Origin: Octopus vulgaris
Taxonomy: Eukaryota
NCBI GenBank assembly: GCA_951406725.2
Contig: OX597832.1
Coordinates: forward strand, 23,560,001-23,624,000
Direction of reading: 5' to 3'
Length of the DNA: 64,000 nucleotides
The translations under genes were made by a program, and so were the position numbers. The notes under the pieces are model-generated. The model saw only the letters and a list, made by a program, of their open reading frames with translations. It had not been told where the DNA came from and ran no database searches. Positions 57,400-64,000 of this stretch are shown piece after piece (position 1 is the stretch's first letter; each line of letters opens with the position of its first letter).

Positions 57400-58629
57400 A
57401 GAGAATGTAGTTGGGTAAAGCAGGAACAATGGAAGAACGTACAAAATAAAGCACAAATTGCAAAGAAAACAGAAAGCAAACTTGTTGACTTTCAACGTAA
57501 GTTGAATTTAACGTACGATAGCGTCTTATAAAGTTTGATTTATATATCCTAAATTTGCAGACGAATTTGCCGTTGAGTCGGTTTAGCTTCATGGTAAAGC
57601 ACTTAACGCATCATCACAGGGATGTGAATTCAAGTCTCATGGCTGGCCGCCGACACATTTTTTGGCGAAATGTGGATAGTTTATCCTGTTCATGCTATAT
57701 TATTCGCATTATCCAGCATTTGAGAATAAAATTATTTCCTTATATATATATATATATAAGTAAATTATTGCCAAAAATGCCGCACAACAGGACCGAACCC
57801 AAAGCCACATGGCTACAAAGCGAGTTTATTAACTACACACCCATACCAGCGCCTTTATATCATTCATAATCAGTGTGTAATTGCTTTGAATGTAAGCATT
57901 CGACGATCCGAATCCACACCATAGACGCCTGGAATGGTTTTGGAAGTGATGGGGACGACAAAAGGAAGAAAGACGAATGAATTGAGAGGGTTTAGTGGCG
58001 GCGGTAATGGACCGATAAGCATCGGAAGCGACAGAGACAGGGGTGGGTAGAAAGAGAGGAAGCGCGTTTGAAGGTTAGGGGTTATACTGTGTTGGCGAGG
58101 GACATCCTGCCAGGTAGCTTTTCCTTAGATGCGTTCGGGCATGTCTATCTGTTTGTCGCAGCGTTTCTTTTCAACCTGTCACGTTAATAATCCAGTCCGG
58201 GCCTCACTCGATCTCTGTATAGAGCTAGTAGTGTGTATATGTAAGTACGCGTGTATGTGTGTATGTGTGCGTTTGTATTGAGTATATATGGCTATCTGTG
58301 TGTGTGTGTCGGGGTGGTGAAGATTTTCTGCCTAATTTCGGTAGAGAATAATTTTTTTCATAAATCTAATGTCAATATTTAATTTTATGAAATGGAAATA
58401 TCACCATATTTATTTCCCAATCGACATATTTCGATATAAAATGATTGGAAAATCAAATATTCATTCTAGTTAAAAGAAATGATTGAAAGCAAGAAGTTGA
58501 TTTATTGAAATTACATCCATCACCAATACAAGTGATTGCTTATCGATTTCTTACGCAATCACAGAGCAAAATCAGTGTTAGGAGCAGAACCTTTCTTGAT
58601 CTAACTGACTCATTAATATTAGCGACGGA

Positions 58630-59000
58630 GTGGAGGCGCAATGGCCCAGTGGTTAGGGCAGCGGACTCGCGGTCGTAGGATCGCGGCTTCGATTCCCAGA
58701 CCGGGCGTTGTGAGTGTTTATTGAGCGAAAACACCTAAAAGCTCCACGAGGGTCCGGCAGGGGATGGTGGTGATCCCTGCTGTACTCTTTCACCACAACT
58801 TTCTCTCACTCTTAATTCCTGTTTCTGTTGTACCTGTATTTCAAAGGGTCAGCCTTGTCACTCTCTGTGTCACGCTTATATAACCCCGAGAACACGTGTC
58901 TTTGGAGTGCTCAGCCACTTGCACGTTAATTTCACGAGCAGGCGGTTCCGTTGTTCGGATCAACCGGAACCCTCGTCGTCGTAACCGACGGAGTGCTTCC
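58630..59000 (+). mobile_element. tRNA-headed SINE family C, full copy
   Basis: Reverse complement of 5879-6261. Confidence 0.88.
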
Positions 59001-59247
59001 TTCCTTCCTAATATTAGTGACGCAAGTACGGCTGTGTGGTTTAGACGTCCGCTTTGCAACAACAATGGTTCTGGGTTCCATCTCTCTGCGCAAGACGTCC
59101 GGCAATTTTCATCTAGCATATCCGCGGTTTGAGGGGCACATTGTGAATGAATAAGGTAGAGGAAATCCCGGTTCAACTGTTAATCCCTACCCATTTTTTT
59201 CTGTGAACTTTGTTTTTTTCATTCTGTCTCCGTTTTTTCTTCATTAG

Positions 59248-59288
59248 GTCCTTTCTGTCGAAGAACGTTGGCTCGAAACGTCAAAGAC
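59248..59288 (+). ncRNA. hammerhead-like motif with variant core (CUGUCGA) in a probable Penelope-like remnant (about 59195-59378)
   Basis: GTCCTTT-CTGTCGA-A-GAAC-GTTG-GCTC-GAAAC-GTC-AAAGAC. Homologous to 25668-25709. Confidence 0.42.
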
Positions 59289-59380
59289 ATTACCATTCTG
59301 CCCGAATGTTAAACTAATACACCCGCTTGTTGTTCTTCCACCGGTCTTCGTCTTTTGTTTTCTGTAAACTAGAACTATAT

Positions 59381-59703
59381 ACAAATCCACTCGCAAGGCT
59401 TTGGTCAGCCCGAGGCTATTAGTAGAAGTCACTTGCCCAAGGTTCCACGCTGTAGGACTAAACCCAGAACCATGTGATTGGTAAGCAAGCTACTTACCAC
59501 AGAGCCACTCCTGCGATTCTTATTCTTTTTTAAAAATGTCCAAATCTTTCTTGAACACACGGGGAAGTAAACACACTAACATCGGTTGTCAAGCGATAGG
59601 GGGAAACACAGACACAAACATATATATATATATATATATATATATGATTGATTGATTGATTCTAGTTTCAGCTCATGAGCTGTGGCCATGCTGGGGCACC
59701 ACC

Positions 59704-59763
<60 letters not shown>

Positions 59764-59985
59764 TATATATATATATACGACGGACATCTTTTCAGTTTCC
59801 GTCTACCAAATCCACTCACAAGGCTTTGGTCGCCCCGAGGCTATTAGTAGAAGTCACTTGACCAAGGTTCCACGCAGTGGGACTAAACCCGGAACCATGT
59901 GGTTGGTAAGCAAGCTACGCACCACACAACCACTCCTGCGCTTCATATTCTTTTCAAAAATTGTCCAAATCTTTCTTGAACACAC
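59381..59985 (-). mobile_element. two SINE family A 5' halves in a local duplication
   Basis: Both 59381-59560 and 59778-59985 carry the SINE head plus the same flank …AAAAA(T)TGTCCAAATCTTTCTTGAACACAC. Confidence 0.78.
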
Positions 59986-60768
59986 ACCCACACATCTAAC
60001 CTAATCGTGACCTCAGCAAGCCAACTGGTGGAATGCTTGACCTTCTCAATTTCTTTACCAGAACTGAATATACTTTATACATTAACGTTATATAAACAGA
60101 AAAAGCTTAATCTTAAAGGCTGTGAGATATTCTTCATATAAGATTTATAAAACGTTATCTCGCTAGAGAAAACTTGAAATAAATCCTGATGATAGAGAAA
60201 AATATCAGTCTACTTTATCTTTGGTAGACACTGAAAAATCTACGTCCTCTTCAAAACAGTATCTTTATACTGTTAACAAAACAGTATCTTTATACTGTTA
60301 AAGAAAATTGCAAAAAATACATTAACAAAATATTGATTTATTACACTAACAAAATGCTTGTGTCCAAAATTCGGAAGACGAGAATTTATATGAGTTTAGA
60401 GGTAATTAATTTAAAGGGAATTGTAGTTAACTGCTTACAAAAAAATTAAAAAATGAACTAAAATGAATTTCCAATGTTGATAGGTAAACATAAAAGTAGT
60501 TTTAAATTAGTATACACAGTTGAAATTGCCTTAGATTAAAATACCGGTGTGTATAAGATAATGTATTAAAGTTATTTCTATTGATTTTCTATAGAAATCA
60601 CAGCCCGCACTTGCTATAATTTGTGTAGAAGATCTCTTGAAATAACCTTAACAAGTGATGTAATGGCACTGCTAACACAGTAGTATGCGGTATTGACTTA
60701 TAAAACTATTTAATACACTCTGTAGTATATTGTGGTTGCATAACGAAATACAGTGTCCCTAGCAAAAT

Positions 60769-61246
60769 AGGTGCTGGAGTGGCTGTGTGATAAGTAGCTT
60801 GCTTACCATCCACATGGTTCCGGATTCGGTCCCACTGTCTGGCACCTTGGACAAGTCTTTTCTATTATAGCCTCGGGCTGACCAAAGCCTTGTGAGTGGA
60901 TTTGGTAGACAGAAACAGAAAGAAACCAGTCGTATGTATGTGTATGTATATGTATATGTCTGTGTGTGCGTGTGCGTGTGCGTGTGTGTGTGTGTGTGCG
61001 TGTGTGTGTGCGTGTGTGTGTGTGTTTGTTTGTGTGCCTGTGTTTGTCCCCACAACATCACTTGATAACCGATGCTGGTGGGTTTATGTCCTCGTAACTT
61101 AGCTGTTCGGCAAAAGAGATCGATAGAATAAGTACTAAGCTTACAAAGAATAAGTCCTGAGGTCGATTTGCTCGACTAAAGGCGGTACTCCAGCATGGCC
61201 GCAGTCAAATGACTGAAACAAGTAAAAGGTTAAAAGAGTAAAAGAG
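60769..61246 (+). mobile_element. SINE family A, full copy
   Basis: Colinear with 49951-50386. Confidence 0.9.
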
Positions 61247-61577
61247 ATATGAAACAACATTAGCTGTAATATTTTGTCTCAGAGAAACTTCTGACAGAGT
61301 ATTTAGTGTTAAAACCATATGACTTCGTTCAGAAGACCCGTCGATTGCGATACACAGTTTTTTCACTATGATCTGATATGATCCGCTCATTGACGAATAC
61401 ATTGAATGTTCTGAACTAAGACGAAAATAGAAGTCAGTAAAGAAAACATTTACTGATTTGGGTGAAAGCTAGCCGGACTAGAATCAAATGAATATATTCA
61501 CCGGTGTGTAAAAAATATATTATGTATATACATACATATATATATATATGTATACAGGAAAAAAGGGAAGAAGGAGG

Positions 61578-61612
61578 GTATGACGTTTCGAGCGGAGCTC
61601 TTCGTCGGAAAC
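61578..61612 (-). ncRNA. hammerhead-like motif (CCGACGA core) in a probable Penelope-like remnant (about 61555-61683)
   Basis: Minus strand GTTT-CCGACGA-A-GAGC-TCC-GCTC-GAAAC-GTC-ATAC. The sister copy at 48249-48270 has AAAC, which restores stem I. Confidence 0.5.
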
Positions 61613-61744
61613 ATAGGAGAAAGAAAGATCCTGAGGTGGGAGGACAGAGGGAAAAAAATGGAAGAGGTCTTCACGAGGTCACATATATATATATAGTAGA
61701 AATATGTTACGAAAAGAAAATATAAAATACACGTGGAAATGTAA

Positions 61745-62033
61745 GGGTAAAATATGAAAAATCAACGAAAATGCATATTGCAAATAGAAAAAGGCTCTTT
61801 ATGACAGGTAGGGACAAATATATACATTTAGATTGACTGAGGTAGTAATACGAGTCATAAAGGTCATTATTATGAGACGATTATAAGATGATAATAAAGT
61901 AAGAGAACAAAACGAACCTTTATGACTCGTATTACTACCTCAGTCAATCTAAATATATATATTTGTCACTACCTGTCATAAAGAGCCTTTTTCTATTTGC
62001 AATATGCATTTTCGTTGATTTTTCATATTTTAC

Positions 62034-62035
<2 letters not shown>
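61745..62035. repeat. inverted repeat, 120-bp arms (2 mismatches) with 51-bp spacer, abutting (TA)n
   Basis: Arm 1 61745-61864, arm 2 61916-62035. Confidence 0.95.
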
Positions 62036-62104
<69 letters not shown>

Positions 62105-62109
62105 TTATA

Positions 62110-62167
<58 letters not shown>

Positions 62168-62178
62168 TGTATGTATGT

Positions 62179-62256
<78 letters not shown>

Positions 62257-62827
62257 GCACGAACAAGAAATTAAGGAACTGTGTGATGACTGAAAATTAT
62301 GGCCTCCACTGGAATATTTTGTAGTAACTAGACTTAAGAGATCGACAAAGTATTCACCCATACAAGGATGCTCTTCCCCGTTAAGGAAAAAAAACCGCGG
62401 CCAAATTCTTAATCGCAGATACGGAAGGGGGCCACGAATGCCATATTTATGGAAAGTATGATACTTCGATTTATATTCCATGTTTGATTATTTACAACGC
62501 CACATTTGACATCGATCTCTTCTCTGCAGGATAATTACATTCGTTCATCGTATTTCTGATCAAGTTTTTGAAAGAATCGCGTAATTATTATCCGAAGATT
62601 GGGCCTTTATATTTCAATAGATATTCTTGTCCATGTCTCTACTTGAATGGAGCAAACTATTGGAACCACGGAATATTCAACTGCGAGAGGCGTACTATTG
62701 CTGAGAAGAAACCATTTGCACGCGAATTAGTTTGAATGCCTTTGATAAATTTGATATGAGATCGTCATTAACAGTACGGAGAGGAAAAGTTTAAAACTAC
62801 ACAATTGGATGTGCACGTAACAACATA

Positions 62828-62882
<55 letters not shown>

Positions 62883-62967
62883 ACATATATGTATGTGTGT
62901 ATGTATATATACACATATATATATATATATCAGTATAGATAGACAGATGGATGCACGAATACATACA

Positions 62968-63025
<58 letters not shown>

Positions 63026-63117
63026 TATATGTATACATATGTTTATATACATATATATATGTGCACACGTATACAAACATATACGTGCGTATATTCGTAT
63101 ATATATATATATATATA

Positions 63118-63148
<31 letters not shown>

Positions 63149-63277
63149 TTATATGTACACGTATACATTTTGTTCTGTATATATATGTGTGTGTATGTAA
63201 GGGGGTGTTCATTTAGATATATACAACTGTATATTCATTTACATACACACACGAACACCTACACTCTCTCTACCTCT

Positions 63278-63326
<49 letters not shown>

Positions 63327-63925
63327 ACACACGCGCGCGCGCCCTTTTCCAAATAACATATTGATTACAATATTATCACACAATTAACCAAACATTTACA
63401 TTTCGATTCATGAAAGCAAGATTAGATTTAACTTAGCATAAAAGTGAAGCAACACACACCATTTACCAGTTCCAATTGGATATACTTTCCAGGCTCTATA
63501 CATCCTGAGAGCGCATTCATCACAATACAAGGACAATACATCGCCTAACAAAGAAACGGTTTTCCACGCAATTTTCTCGCCGCTTTCGTATTCGCTTCAG
63601 CCATTTAATTCTGATTTATAAATCTGTGCATGAAGATCAAAACCCCGCCATTTAATTTCAGAGTCTTCGTCTTTTATGTTTTACTTGTTCCGGTCATGAG
63701 ACTGCGGCCATGCTGGGGCACCGGCTTGAGGAATTTTAGTCGAAGAAACCGATCCGAATACTGGTGCTTCTTCCATCGGTTTATTTTTCGAAGCCGCTAA
63801 CACACACACACTATTACAAACACAAATACACACAAATACACAAACACACACACACACACACATGTATGTATGCTTGTATGTGTGTGTGTGTGTGTGTGTA
63901 TGTGTATTTGTGTGTATATATATGT

Positions 63926-63982
<57 letters not shown>

Positions 63983-64000
63983 TATATGTATATATATATG

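Noticed and set aside
61838-61847. TGAGGTAGTA (first 10 nt of let-7) inside a long hairpin arm
   Set aside because: The remainder does not match let-7 and the hairpin geometry is not pre-miRNA-like; likely chance.

Overview
AT-rich, microsatellite-saturated animal genomic DNA. The SINE repertoire and repeat landscape point to an octopus/coleoid cephalopod (inference, not verified). Nearly all ORFs in the supplied track are translations of simple repeats. The only convincing host coding sequence is one 122-bp minus-strand exon (42125-42246) encoding ECL1-TM3 of a class A peptide-type GPCR (…TWKLGEFICK…CSVLTLTALCLER), so most of the window is probably intron of that gene. The rest is dispersed repeats: four tRNA-headed SINE families, a 555-bp element found only in (TTA)n tracts, fragments of R4/Dong-like, RTE and CR1/L2 LINEs, a decayed full-length mariner, a Tc1 3' fragment, a hAT MITE, a possible Helitron end and a tRNA-Glu(TTC) pseudogene. 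The most interesting signal is a set of seven type I hammerhead-ribozyme-like motifs at six loci. One is fully canonical and several share recurrent variant cores (CCGANGA, CUGUNGA). They sit in short Penelope-like remnants, mostly between or beside (TA)n tracts, alongside four foldback structures that abut (TA)n. Repeat boundaries were read by eye and are approximate unless stated.
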